Positions 27,632 to 36,545 of a stretch of DNA of 64,000 bases are shown here, in pieces; the stretch's first letter is position 1, and the number at the start of each line of letters is the position of its first letter. This DNA is from Candidatus Micrarchaeia archaeon. GTDB taxonomy: Archaea; Micrarchaeota; Micrarchaeia; Norongarragalinales; UBA8480. The stretch lies in NCBI GenBank assembly GCA_039794045.1, contig JBAMLY010000009.1, positions 38,609 to 102,608 on the forward strand. The letters are read 5' to 3'. The position numbers were made by a program, and so were the translations under genes. The notes beneath the pieces are model-generated. The model had not been told where the DNA came from. It made no database searches and saw nothing but the letters and a program-made list of their open reading frames with translations.

Positions 27632-29110
27632 GTGGTGTTGCTATTGGATTGCGCGAGCGCTTGCCTTTCACCCCAGGAATTCGAGTCTACAGCGGAAGTA
27701 AGCATTCCTCGTGACCCATTGCAGCAAGTGATTGGGCAAGAGGAAGCCGTGCGGCTGGCGCGCATTGCCTGCAAGCAAAGACGCAACTTGTTGTTGGTTG
27801 GCCCGCCAGGCACTGGCAAGAGTTTGATAGCGCAAGCAATAGCTTTCCATTTGCCTAAGCCGAGCCAAGAAGTAAGCGTTCTCCACAACCCTGAAGCGCC
27901 GGAGAGGCCAATCGTGGAAGTGCGCACTGCTGCAGACATAGCCAAGGAAAAAAAGCTTTTGCGGGAAATACAAGGGAGGCTTGTTTCCCCAAGCGAAGTG
28001 CCTTCATTCGTCGCCGAGAGGCTGGGCTTCAGGTGCAGGAAGTGCGGGAGGCTCAGCAAGCCAGACGAGCAAGCATGCCCGAACTGCGGCAATGAAAAAT
28101 ATTCCGTGGGCGGCTCTCCCTTCGGCGACTTGCTGGCGCCCTACCTCGAAGAAGGCAAGCGAGTGCAGAGAGTTCACACGACCCGCAGCGTCGGCGACAA
28201 GGAAGAAGTAATCGTTTACGAGGCAGCAGGAGAAAAAATTCACGTGCTAGACCAGCCCGCGCTGGAAAAAATTGATGCTTTAAAGAAGGCGCGTCCTCGC
28301 AAGGTGCTCGTGCCTTTGGAGCGCAAGACTTTCGTGGCTGCGACTGGCTCAAGCGAGACCGAGTTGTTGGGCGACGTGCGACACGACCCGTACGGCGGGC
28401 ACGCGCAAGTGGGAACGCTTCCTTACGCGCGCGTCTTGCCTGGCGCGGTACACGAAGCGCACGAGGGCGTCTTATTCATAGACGAGTTAGGGGCGTTGAA
28501 TGCAGTGCAAAGGTTTCTCTTGACTGCCATGCAGGAGAAAAAGTATCCAATAGTTGGAAAAAACCCTCAAAGTGCTGGGGCGAGCGTGCGGGTGGACGAC
28601 GTCCCTTGCGACTTTATTCTCGTCGCTGCATCCAACATCAACGACTTGCACTTGATTTTGCCTCCCTTGCGCTCGCGCCTCATCGGAAACGGTTACGAGG
28701 TCTTGCTTGACACTTTCTTGCCGGACACGCCTGAAAACCGCGCTAAATTCGTTCAATTCGTTGCCCAGGAAATCCGGAAAGACGCAAAAATACCGCACGC
28801 GCTGCCAGAGGCAGTACAAGCTATCATAAGCGAGGCGAGGAGGAGGGCTTTCGTGGTGGACGGCGCCGCGAATTCCTTGACTCTGCGCTTGCGCGAGTTG
28901 AGTGGCGTGATCAGGCTAGCAGGCGATTTAGCGGTTGCCGAGAAAGCGCAGTTCATTGAAGAACGCCACGTTGCGCGAGCAATAGAAAAAGCTAAAGCTA
29001 TAGAACAACAGTTGGCGGAAAAGTACGGGAGCGTTTGGAAAGCCAGTGCGAGCGAGGCGTCATTCAACGCGAGGACAACTAATGCAAGCGCGGGCAAAGA
29101 AATCAGTTAA
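27632..29110 (+). CDS. LonB-like AAA+ ATPase lacking both the membrane insertion and the protease domain
   Basis: VIGQEEAVRLARIACKQRRNLLLVGPPGTGKSL, LLGDVRHDPYGGHAQVGT...HEGVLFIDELG and CDFILVAASN...RSRL...YEVLLD match archaeal LonB. A Zn-ribbon (CRKCGR...CPNCG) sits where LonB has TM helices. The protein ends at 492 aa without the Ser-Lys protease domain. Confidence 0.75.
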   Translation: MVLLLDCASACLSPQEFESTAEVSIPRDPLQQVIGQEEAVRLARIACKQRRNLLLVGPPGTGKSLIAQAIAFHLPKPSQEVSVLHNPEAPERPIVEVRTAADIAKEKKLLREIQGRLVSPSEVPSFVAERLGFRCRKCGRLSKPDEQACPNCGNEKYSVGGSPFGDLLAPYLEEGKRVQRVHTTRSVGDKEEVIVYEAAGEKIHVLDQPALEKIDALKKARPRKVLVPLERKTFVAATGSSETELLGDVRHDPYGGHAQVGTLPYARVLPGAVHEAHEGVLFIDELGALNAVQRFLLTAMQEKKYPIVGKNPQSAGASVRVDDVPCDFILVAASNINDLHLILPPLRSRLIGNGYEVLLDTFLPDTPENRAKFVQFVAQEIRKDAKIPHALPEAVQAIISEARRRAFVVDGAANSLTLRLRELSGVIRLAGDLAVAEKAQFIEERHVARAIEKAKAIEQQLAEKYGSVWKASASEASFNARTTNASAGKEIS

Positions 29111-29160
29111 TGCTTTTAAACGATTGCATGCTAAAAATTAGAGAGGGAGGCGAGAAGAAA

Positions 29161-29505
29161 ATGCCGGAAAAAAACAGCGTTCTTTTCAATCAGCCAGGCA
29201 TTCATCCTGCGGCTTACCCAAAGAAAACAGCGCAGTTTTCTCTCTCCCGCCGAACACCGCACGCCATTGAATCAATAAAAAAAATTTCTTCGGGTTACTC
29301 TGCCCGCGTTTCTTCTTACTTGGTTGAAGGCAAGAAAGCATTGCACCGCGACTTCTACAACCAAAACCTTGCAGTGCTCCTCAAAAAAAGAATTCCGTTG
29401 GAGGCCGCGCGAAAGCTCGCCGGCGTTCCCGGGGCAGTGAAGTGGAGGAAAGGCAAGCCAGTCTTTAACGCTGCCCAGTTAAAGCGCTTTGCTGGACGCG
29501 CTTAA
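29161..29505 (+). CDS. Hypothetical basic protein (start moved to an ATG behind GAGGGAGG)
   Basis: 114 aa, Lys/Arg-rich, with a GGAGG-like motif upstream of MPEKNS. No domain recognised. Confidence 0.35.
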   Translation: MPEKNSVLFNQPGIHPAAYPKKTAQFSLSRRTPHAIESIKKISSGYSARVSSYLVEGKKALHRDFYNQNLAVLLKKRIPLEAARKLAGVPGAVKWRKGKPVFNAAQLKRFAGRA

Positions 29506-29523
29506 AAAAATAGTGGGCCGCAC

Positions 29524-29958
29524 TCATTTTCGCTTGTGCGCTTTGTGGGCGGCAACCGCTTTCTGAATCAGCGCTCGGTGGTGCTCGCTTATTTTTTGCT
29601 CGTATTCTTCCACTGGCAAGACTACCTTGCCTGCCTGGTAAACCATTATTGCGACCACCATGACGCCAAGCCAGAACAAGAACGCTGCAACTGGACCCAA
29701 CAACACGCCGAGCACGTCCTGTGAAGTAAAGTGGCCGAACCCGCCTGGAGCCGCGCCAATCGCCCAACCAAACAATGCGGGAATAAGAGAGGGATTGAGT
29801 TGCGCGTAAGTCGCTTTCTGTACTGTAACGAAAATCTGGTAAGCAGACTGGGCCACCATTAAAACGGCGGCGACAACGAAGAAGGCGCCGGCAAGCTTTA
29901 TCATGTGAAGCTTCTTTCCGCCAACCCTCAACCAAATTATTCTGTGCATGAAAACCAC
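29524..29958 (-). CDS. Small membrane protein
   Basis: 3-4 TM helices, 144 aa. Confidence 0.4.
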   Translation of the reverse strand: MVFMHRIIWLRVGGKKLHMIKLAGAFFVVAAVLMVAQSAYQIFVTVQKATYAQLNPSLIPALFGWAIGAAPGGFGHFTSQDVLGVLLGPVAAFLFWLGVMVVAIMVYQAGKVVLPVEEYEQKISEHHRALIQKAVAAHKAHKRK

Positions 29959-30388
29959 TCCTCCTTTCCCAGTAAAAACCCACGTGGGAACGCAATTTAA
30001 AGGTTACCTTTCAAGTCGCCGCCAGCGCTTCTCTGGCTGGAATGAAGGTTTTTTTAAGCCCTTTTTCCTTTATTGGTCGATGGCTTACAACGTGGTTCTC
30101 GGCTTGGCGGCTTTCTTGTTGGCGCTAGCCCTGCTTTTCGCGGTTTACTTCTTTTTTCGCGCTTTCAAGGAAAGCAGTCTTGCTCGCGCGCTCTTGATAG
30201 TTGACGCGGGCTTGCTCGCAGTTTGTTTTCACGCGGCGATCGAGCTCTTGAATGGAGTTGGCGTGACTGACTTCGCGGAAGCGCCCTTCATTGAAATACT
30301 GGCTTACGTAATCATATTAATTGGTTTGTTCGTCGCGCGCAAGGACTTTCAGTCGTTCGACTGGCTCAAGGAAATAACTCGTGGTTGA
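29948..30388 (+). CDS. Small membrane protein
   Basis: Hydrophobic helices, 146 aa. Confidence 0.4.
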   Translation: MKTTPPFPVKTHVGTQFKGYLSSRRQRFSGWNEGFFKPFFLYWSMAYNVVLGLAAFLLALALLFAVYFFFRAFKESSLARALLIVDAGLLAVCFHAAIELLNGVGVTDFAEAPFIEILAYVIILIGLFVARKDFQSFDWLKEITRG

Positions 30389-30399
30389 GGTAGAAAGAA

Positions 30400-30771
30400 A
30401 TGGCTTCAAGGAAAAACGTGAAAAAAAAGGGAGACGCTGATGTTTCAAGGATTACTGCCGCGTTCTCTTACTTGCTTTGCTTTGTGTCCGCAGTAATAGT
30501 TTTGTTGTTGAGGTACGACGACGAGCACGCAAAGTTTCATTCCCTGCAATCCATTCTCTTCTGGGCTCTCTGGATAGTCGGGGGCTTTGCCGTGGCAGCG
30601 GTTGCAGGCGTTCTTTTGCTCGTGCCCTTCATTGGCTGGATTTTCGGCGTAATAGTAGTAGTAGCATTCTACGCGGCCTTCCTTGTTTCCTGGATTTACT
30701 TGATGTACAAGGCGTTGAAGGGAGAAAAGTACGAGTATCCCTTGATTGGAAAGTACGCTGCGAGGTGGTAA
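30400..30771 (+). CDS. DUF4870-like membrane protein
   Basis: SYLLCFVSAVIV...DDEHAKFHSLQSILFW pattern typical of DUF4870. Length 123 aa. Confidence 0.45.
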   Translation: MASRKNVKKKGDADVSRITAAFSYLLCFVSAVIVLLLRYDDEHAKFHSLQSILFWALWIVGGFAVAAVAGVLLLVPFIGWIFGVIVVVAFYAAFLVSWIYLMYKALKGEKYEYPLIGKYAARW

Positions 30772-31075
30772 AATGATTTTGAAGTCAGTAAAGCCCTCCA
30801 CTGCCGCCATAATTGGGGGAGGAGTAGGCGGAGTCATTGGATTCATTCTCGGCTTAGTCAGTGCCTTGTGGTGGTTGCTTGCTGGCGTGGCTTCCTCGCT
30901 CGTGGCAGGCCCGCTTGGAAGCGGGTTAGGCGTAGCCGCAGCAATCATTTCAGTTGCAATCATTATGGTTTTAAGCGCGGTCGTGGGCGCAGTGTACTGC
31001 GGTTTTGTCGCGGTAGTCTACAACTTTGCTGCCAGCAAGTTCGGCGGCTTGCAATTAGATTTAAAGAACGAGTGA
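30746..31075 (+). CDS. Gly-rich small membrane protein
   Basis: 109 aa with GGVGGVIGFILG-type glycine-zipper helices. Confidence 0.4.
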   Translation: MESTLRGGKMILKSVKPSTAAIIGGGVGGVIGFILGLVSALWWLLAGVASSLVAGPLGSGLGVAAAIISVAIIMVLSAVVGAVYCGFVAVVYNFAASKFGGLQLDLKNE

Positions 31076-31081
31076 GCCACT

Positions 31082-32380
31082 TCAAGGATAGCTCCTGTTT
31101 ATCACGCGCGGGAAGGGAATGGCGTCGCGAATGTGGTTGAGCTTGCAAATCCAGCGCAGCACGCGCTCCACTCCCATTCCGAACCCACTGTGGGGAACGC
31201 TTCCATAGCGCCTCAAGTCCAAGTACCACTTGAAGTCCTCTGGTTTTTGGCCGTTGGCGCGCAGCCTTGCAGTCAAGGCTTCAACGCTGTCCTCGCGCTG
31301 GCTTCCCCCAATTATTTCGCCGAAGCCCTCGGGCGCCAGGCAGTCGTTGCTTAGCACGAGGCGCTCGTCCTCTGGGTCTTCCTTCATGTAGAACGCCTTG
31401 AACGTCTTTGGGTGGCGGACGACGAAAACAGGTTTCTTCAAGTCTTGAGTTAAAAGCCTTTCCTCTTCAACGCCAAAGTCGTCTCCCCACTCTACTTGCG
31501 CGCCCTTGCCGCGCAGCAACTCGACCGCTTCAGAGTACGAAATTCTTTGGAATGGTGGCTTTACTTCAAGCAATTCTTTGGGGTCACGCCCAAGAAAACG
31601 CAGTTCCTTGCCGCGCTCGCGCGCGACTTTATGGCACGCAAAACTCACGAGCTGTTCCTCGAATTCCAGCAACTGCTCGAAGTTCATGTGCGCTTCCTCT
31701 CCCTCAACGTGCCAGTACTCTGCAAGGTGGCGCACCGTCCTGCTTTTCTCGGCACGGAAGGAAGGAGTAATAGAATAAACTTTTTCTAGGCTGTAAATCA
31801 GTGCCTCCAAGTAGAGTTGCGCGCTCTGCGACAGGAACGCTTTCTTGCCGAAGTAGTCGAATTCGAAGAGAGTGCTTCCGCCCTCGCAAGCGCCGCTCAC
31901 TATTATGGGGGGAGTGGTTTCCCAGTACCCCTTGTTCTTAAAGAACTCGCGGCACGCTTCTAGGAGCGAGTGCTTTACCTTCATTACGGCGGTGAGCTCG
32001 CGCGAGCGAATGGAGAGATGACGGATGTCCAAGAACCATTCCTCGCTGTTGTCCTTCGCTATGGGAAACGGTTCGGCGGCCTGAATTGTTGCAAAGTCAG
32101 TTGCCTGCAACTCGAAGCCGTTCGGAGCGCGAGCGTCCTTCACGACAACGCCTGAAACTATGACGCTTGACTCTACTCGCGCAGACTCGGCCATCTTCCA
32201 AGCGCGCGCGCTCACCTTATCTTTTTTTACGGCGGCCTGGATGACGTCTGTAGAGTCCCTCAACACCAAAAATTTCACGCCGCCGCTTGAACGCTCCCTG
32301 TAAACCCAGGCGCGCACCGAGAACTCTTTTCCTACAGCGTCGTCGTCAAGCAATTCCTCGATCTTGGTGTAAGAAACCAT
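31082..32380 (-). CDS. asnS: Asparagine--tRNA ligase (class IIb aaRS; AspRS is not excluded)
   Basis: OB anticodon-binding N-domain and class II motifs. The C-terminus GEIIGGSQRE...WYLDLRRYGSVPHSGFGMGVERV...RDAIPFPR closely resembles AsnRS. Confidence 0.8.
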   Translation of the reverse strand: MVSYTKIEELLDDDAVGKEFSVRAWVYRERSSGGVKFLVLRDSTDVIQAAVKKDKVSARAWKMAESARVESSVIVSGVVVKDARAPNGFELQATDFATIQAAEPFPIAKDNSEEWFLDIRHLSIRSRELTAVMKVKHSLLEACREFFKNKGYWETTPPIIVSGACEGGSTLFEFDYFGKKAFLSQSAQLYLEALIYSLEKVYSITPSFRAEKSRTVRHLAEYWHVEGEEAHMNFEQLLEFEEQLVSFACHKVARERGKELRFLGRDPKELLEVKPPFQRISYSEAVELLRGKGAQVEWGDDFGVEEERLLTQDLKKPVFVVRHPKTFKAFYMKEDPEDERLVLSNDCLAPEGFGEIIGGSQREDSVEALTARLRANGQKPEDFKWYLDLRRYGSVPHSGFGMGVERVLRWICKLNHIRDAIPFPRVINRSYP

Positions 32381-32785
32381 TCAAAGCAACTCCGCCGACT
32401 TCTTCGGCACCACTACTTCTAAGACTCCGTTCTTGAAGGAAGCCCTGGCCTTGCTCGCGTCAGTGTCGGAGGGAAAGCGCACGTACTCATTGACTTCCTC
32501 CACTTCCTCGCCGCGAGTGAACCACTTTCCGCTGCCTTCGGGCCTGAGGTTGCGGCCTGCCTTGACGCTCATTCCGTCTCCGAAAATCTTGAGGCGAATG
32601 TTTTCGCGAGAGTAGTTAGGCAAGTGCACGATGACGACGACTTCACGCGCGTTCTCGAAAGCATCTATTTCAGGCGAGCCAGCGGAAGCCACGCGTGGAA
32701 GCCGCTTGTACTTCAAGTCTTCTTCTCTTTCAAGAAAGGGACTAGAGACTCCCCACTTGCGTTTTAGTTCGTCAAAAGAAACCAT
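32381..32785 (-). CDS. hsp20: Small heat shock protein (Hsp20/alpha-crystallin)
   Basis: 134-aa protein with an alpha-crystallin domain pattern (VVIVHLP...SFKNGVLEVVVPK). Confidence 0.85.
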   Translation of the reverse strand: MVSFDELKRKWGVSSPFLEREEDLKYKRLPRVASAGSPEIDAFENAREVVVIVHLPNYSRENIRLKIFGDGMSVKAGRNLRPEGSGKWFTRGEEVEEVNEYVRFPSDTDASKARASFKNGVLEVVVPKKSAELL

Positions 32786-32840
32786 ACTGGAAAATTACTG
32801 CGACTCAATTAAAAAAAGCTTGCCGCCCACAAGAAAAGCA

Positions 32841-34727
32841 ATGGCAGAAGTTAGTCTCTTGTTCCGCCACGAAAATTTCAGGGCAGGGCAAAAACAAATA
32901 GTTTCCGACGTCTGGCACGCCTTGAAGGCCGGAAAGCACTTGCTATTGAACGCGCCAACTGGAAGCGGCAAGACTGACGCCGTGCTTTCTCCCGCGCTTA
33001 CTTACGCTCTGCAAAACGACTTAGATGTTTTCTTCGTGACGCCTAAGACGTCGCAGCACGAAATCGCTTTTCAGGCTGCAGCGGGAATAGCGGACAAGTA
33101 TGGCTTGGACTTCGGAATCGTGGACTTCAACGGCAAGAAAAACATGTGCTTGGACGAGAAAACCAAGGAAAGCCCTGACTTTTACCACGCTTGCCGCGCG
33201 CGCTCGAAAGCCCGCAAATGCGTTTACTATGCTAAGTCGCGCGACGAAAGCGCTTGCCGAGAGGCTGTCTTGCGCTTGCAGGGAAAAGCGTCGCGCGAGC
33301 AACTGCTCGCGGAATGCGCGAAGCAAGGCTTGTGCGCTTACGAAGCGGCAGTGCGAATCGCGCGAAGCGCTCGCTTGGTCATCGCGGACTACTACCAGTT
33401 GTTCGCTCCAGGCATCAAGGAAAAGTTTTTGCGGGGCACTGGAAAGAACTTGAGCCAGTCAATAATAATCGTGGACGAAGCACACAACCTGCCCCAGCGC
33501 TTGCGCGACTACTTGAGTTCTTCCGTGAACGAGGCAGTCTTTCAAGGCGCTTGCAGGGAAGCCGCTGCCACGCGCCACCCAGTCAGGAAATCCGCTGAGA
33601 AAGCCGCGCTCGCGTTCGCCGAATTCAAGGCGCGAAGGTTGTGCGCTTGCAGCTTGGATGAGCTGAAGCGGGAAGCCAGTGGCGGCGCTCCCTCGCAGTT
33701 GGCTTTGGCTGAAGAACTCGAGTTGCCAGTAGCCAAGAACGAGTTCTTGGAGTTGCTGGGCGGGGAAGAGGAAGCCGCGGCCTTGTCTGCTGCGCTCGCC
33801 GAGTGCGGCGAAAAGTTTCTAGAAAGAGAAGAGAGGCAGAAGAGCGCGTGCATTAAGTTGTCGGAATTCATTGCGTTGTGGCTCTCTGCTGGAAGCGATT
33901 ACTTGCGGGCACTGAGCGCGCGGGGACTGGAGTGCAAGTGCCTTGACTCTGCTCCGGCTACTAGCGCAGCAAACTCTGCTTACTCTTGTATAGCCATGAG
34001 CGGCACGCTCTTGCCGCTTGAAATGTACCGCGACGTCATCGGCTTGCCGGAAAGCCGAACGCTTTTGAAGGAGTACCCTTCTTCTTTCCCGCCAGAGAAT
34101 AGGTTGAACTTGGTTGTGGACGAGGTTACAACGCGGTTTTCCGAGCGCTCTCCAACCAACTACGAGAGAATCGCAGCAATATTGCAGGAAGTCGGTAACG
34201 CCATGAGTGGAAAGCGCACCGCGTTCTTCTTTGCTTCATACAAGGTAATGCGCGAAATCATTCCGTTGCTGCGCTTTCAGAAAATGTTCGTGCAGAAAGA
34301 ACAGGCGAGCGCCGTGGAAACCAGTGAATTAATTGAAGCATTCAAGAAAGACCCTGGAGTGCTTTGTGGGGTGATGGGCGGCTCGCTTTCCGAAGGAATA
34401 GACTACGATGGAGGAGAACTGAAGTGCATTTGCTTGGTGGGCGTGCCGTTGCAGGAAGTAAGCCTTGAAACGCAGTCGCTTGTTTCGTATTACGACAAAA
34501 AGTTTGGGAGGGGGTGGGAGTACGGCTATGTTTTTCCTGCCATGAACAAAGCGCTTCAAGCAGCTGGACGAGGCGTGAGGAGCACGAAAGACAAGTGCGT
34601 CGTCTTGTTCATGGACTCTCGTTACTTGGAGAAGGCATACAAGCAGTGTTTTCCCCGCGACCTCTACTTCTATCGTGCGAGAAACCCAGCCGCTCAAGTG
34701 GAAGCTTTTTTCTCCAACCAATTTTAA
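32841..34727 (+). CDS. xpd: XPD/Rad3-family 5'-3' DNA helicase with FeS domain; start moved to MAEVS
   Basis: Walker A APTGSGKT, DEAH box (VDEAHNL), four Cys of the FeS domain (C...C..C...C) and a C-terminal helicase domain. The ORF-track start at 32631 overlaps hsp20 on the opposite strand. Confidence 0.85.
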   Translation: MAEVSLLFRHENFRAGQKQIVSDVWHALKAGKHLLLNAPTGSGKTDAVLSPALTYALQNDLDVFFVTPKTSQHEIAFQAAAGIADKYGLDFGIVDFNGKKNMCLDEKTKESPDFYHACRARSKARKCVYYAKSRDESACREAVLRLQGKASREQLLAECAKQGLCAYEAAVRIARSARLVIADYYQLFAPGIKEKFLRGTGKNLSQSIIIVDEAHNLPQRLRDYLSSSVNEAVFQGACREAAATRHPVRKSAEKAALAFAEFKARRLCACSLDELKREASGGAPSQLALAEELELPVAKNEFLELLGGEEEAAALSAALAECGEKFLEREERQKSACIKLSEFIALWLSAGSDYLRALSARGLECKCLDSAPATSAANSAYSCIAMSGTLLPLEMYRDVIGLPESRTLLKEYPSSFPPENRLNLVVDEVTTRFSERSPTNYERIAAILQEVGNAMSGKRTAFFFASYKVMREIIPLLRFQKMFVQKEQASAVETSELIEAFKKDPGVLCGVMGGSLSEGIDYDGGELKCICLVGVPLQEVSLETQSLVSYYDKKFGRGWEYGYVFPAMNKALQAAGRGVRSTKDKCVVLFMDSRYLEKAYKQCFPRDLYFYRARNPAAQVEAFFSNQF

Positions 34728-34736
34728 TAAGCTGGA

Positions 34737-34991
34737 ATGCATTCACTTGGTTGGGGTGGTTTCGTGGCTGAACTAAACGAATTCATTGAAGAAATAGAGA
34801 AAGAGCAAAAAGCGTTAGAGGAAGCGCCAAAACAAAAACCGGAAATGCATATTTACCAGCCTGACGTGGACCAGCAAGGAAAAAAGAAGTTCGTGGAAGT
34901 TGGTGCAATTTGGAGGAACACGAGCAAGGCAGGGCGAACTTTTTACTCCATCAAGATAGGCAACCTTCGCTTGATAGCTTTTCCAGCTTGA
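34737..34991 (+). CDS. Small hypothetical protein (weak DUF736-like segment)
   Basis: 84 aa. VGAIWRNTSKAGRTFYSIKIG resembles the G-A-W-x-x-TS-x-x-G-x-x-Y-x-S-x-K signature of DUF736. Whether it is a real gene is uncertain. Confidence 0.3.
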   Translation: MHSLGWGGFVAELNEFIEEIEKEQKALEEAPKQKPEMHIYQPDVDQQGKKKFVEVGAIWRNTSKAGRTFYSIKIGNLRLIAFPA

Positions 34992-35004
34992 ATGCGCGAA
35001 AAAC

Positions 35005-36525
35005 TCAAATGAATGCTTTCTCGTCGCCATCGAGTTTGGCGGAAGCGCTTTCCTCGAATTCCAGCGCCTGCTCTTCAACCGACTTGCTTTTCCCGGCCTT
35101 CGCGCTCTTCCTCTGGCGCACGCGCAAGAACAATGGGAAATTAACTGCCTCGCCCAAAAGAATTCCTTCGCCGGTGCGAAGGGAAGTAATTTGGTTTTGC
35201 GCGGAACGGTCTATTCCCTCGCAAGACTTTGCAATGTGTTCTACGTCGTAAGGGTTGGTGACGCGCATGACGAGGAACGAATTGCATTGAGACAAGGCGG
35301 TCGTACTCAACTGCACGGGGCGCTGAGAGACGAGGCACAAGCAAGCCCCAAACTTTCTTCCCTCCCTCGCAACGGTTTCAATTATGTTTTTAGATAAAGC
35401 ATTCTCTCGCGAGGCTTTCTCTGGCGCGAAATTGTGGGCTTCCTCTACTAACATCAAGTACGGAGGAATTTCTTGCTGGCGCCTCAAGGCAAACAACATC
35501 TTAGCGACAAAAGAAACGAGCAACTGCTTCTTCTTCAAAGAGTTGACGCCGCTCAAGTCAAAGACTGCGAGCTTGCCTGGGCGAATGACTTCCCGCAAGT
35601 CAGGATTGTCCGCGCGCCCGAAAACACTTATTTCGCTTAACTCCTCGAGCCACCCAAGCAAGGGAAGGCGCACGTTTTCTTTCAGCGACTCGTCGCCCTC
35701 CACCGCGTCCACTATCTCGGAAACTTCCAAGCCAGCGTTTCCCCTCTCTTTAGAGAGGCGCTGCAAAGTCCTTGAGAACTCTCTCGCGCCAGTCGCCGTA
35801 ATCTCTGGAAGTATCTCGCGCAGGAAAGACGCGGTCAAGTGCTTCGTGGAAATCCTCAAGTCACCGCAGTCAACTACTTTAGTGTGCGCGCCGAAAGCCG
35901 TGCTCGCGTCAGCAAAGCCGAGGTAGTCTCCGTGCGCGTCGAAAACCACTGCCGCCAGCCGCCCCTCGCCTGCCTTGCGCGACAAAACCTCTTCCAAAAC
36001 CACTGCTGCCGCATGAGACTTGCCGCTGCCGCTCATACCGAGGATGGCAAGGTGCTTTTGAAGCAGCCTCGAAAGATTAACTCTCACAGGAATGCCGTGG
36101 TTCAACAACTCGCCTAACTCCACGCCGCCGTCAAAGCCAGCCACCGTCGAAACAACTTGCTGGTCGGCGGCTAGCACTCTCGCGCCAGGAGCCGGCGGGA
36201 AGCCACACCTCTTCAACGCACCAGAGTCAAGCACACCAAGCACGCCGCAATTCGCGAGAACGTATTCCCACTCGCCAGCAGGAAACTGTTCCGTGAAAGC
36301 CCCGCTCTTCTCGTACTCGCTCACGCTGTCAGCGCGCTCGAAGTACTTGTTAACGCGGAAAATCTCGCGCACCCACCCCACCACCAAGCCTTCCTCTGAA
36401 TAGACTTGAACGAAGGCGTTCTTGCGCACGGACTTGCCAGCGCTCACCACGAAAGAAAAACTCGAAGTGTTCGGGCCCTCCAAAGTCGAAACAACTGTAC
36501 CAAGTTCAGTCACGCAAACCACCAA
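35005..36525 (-). CDS. herA: HerA-like FtsK/HerA-family hexameric ATPase/helicase
   Basis: Walker A GMSGSGKSH and Walker B LMLVEEAHNF. Length 506 aa. Adjacent to nurA. Confidence 0.8.
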   Translation of the reverse strand: MVVCVTELGTVVSTLEGPNTSSFSFVVSAGKSVRKNAFVQVYSEEGLVVGWVREIFRVNKYFERADSVSEYEKSGAFTEQFPAGEWEYVLANCGVLGVLDSGALKRCGFPPAPGARVLAADQQVVSTVAGFDGGVELGELLNHGIPVRVNLSRLLQKHLAILGMSGSGKSHAAAVVLEEVLSRKAGEGRLAAVVFDAHGDYLGFADASTAFGAHTKVVDCGDLRISTKHLTASFLREILPEITATGAREFSRTLQRLSKERGNAGLEVSEIVDAVEGDESLKENVRLPLLGWLEELSEISVFGRADNPDLREVIRPGKLAVFDLSGVNSLKKKQLLVSFVAKMLFALRRQQEIPPYLMLVEEAHNFAPEKASRENALSKNIIETVAREGRKFGACLCLVSQRPVQLSTTALSQCNSFLVMRVTNPYDVEHIAKSCEGIDRSAQNQITSLRTGEGILLGEAVNFPLFLRVRQRKSAKAGKSKSVEEQALEFEESASAKLDGDEKAFI

Positions 36526-36545
36526 CCACGCAAACCAAATTTTCT

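Noticed and set aside
32631-32840. N-terminal 70 codons of the ORF-track XPD helicase ORF
   Set aside because: They overlap the hsp20 gene on the opposite strand and precede the conserved helicase N-terminus. The start was moved to the ATG at 32841 (MAEVSLLF...).
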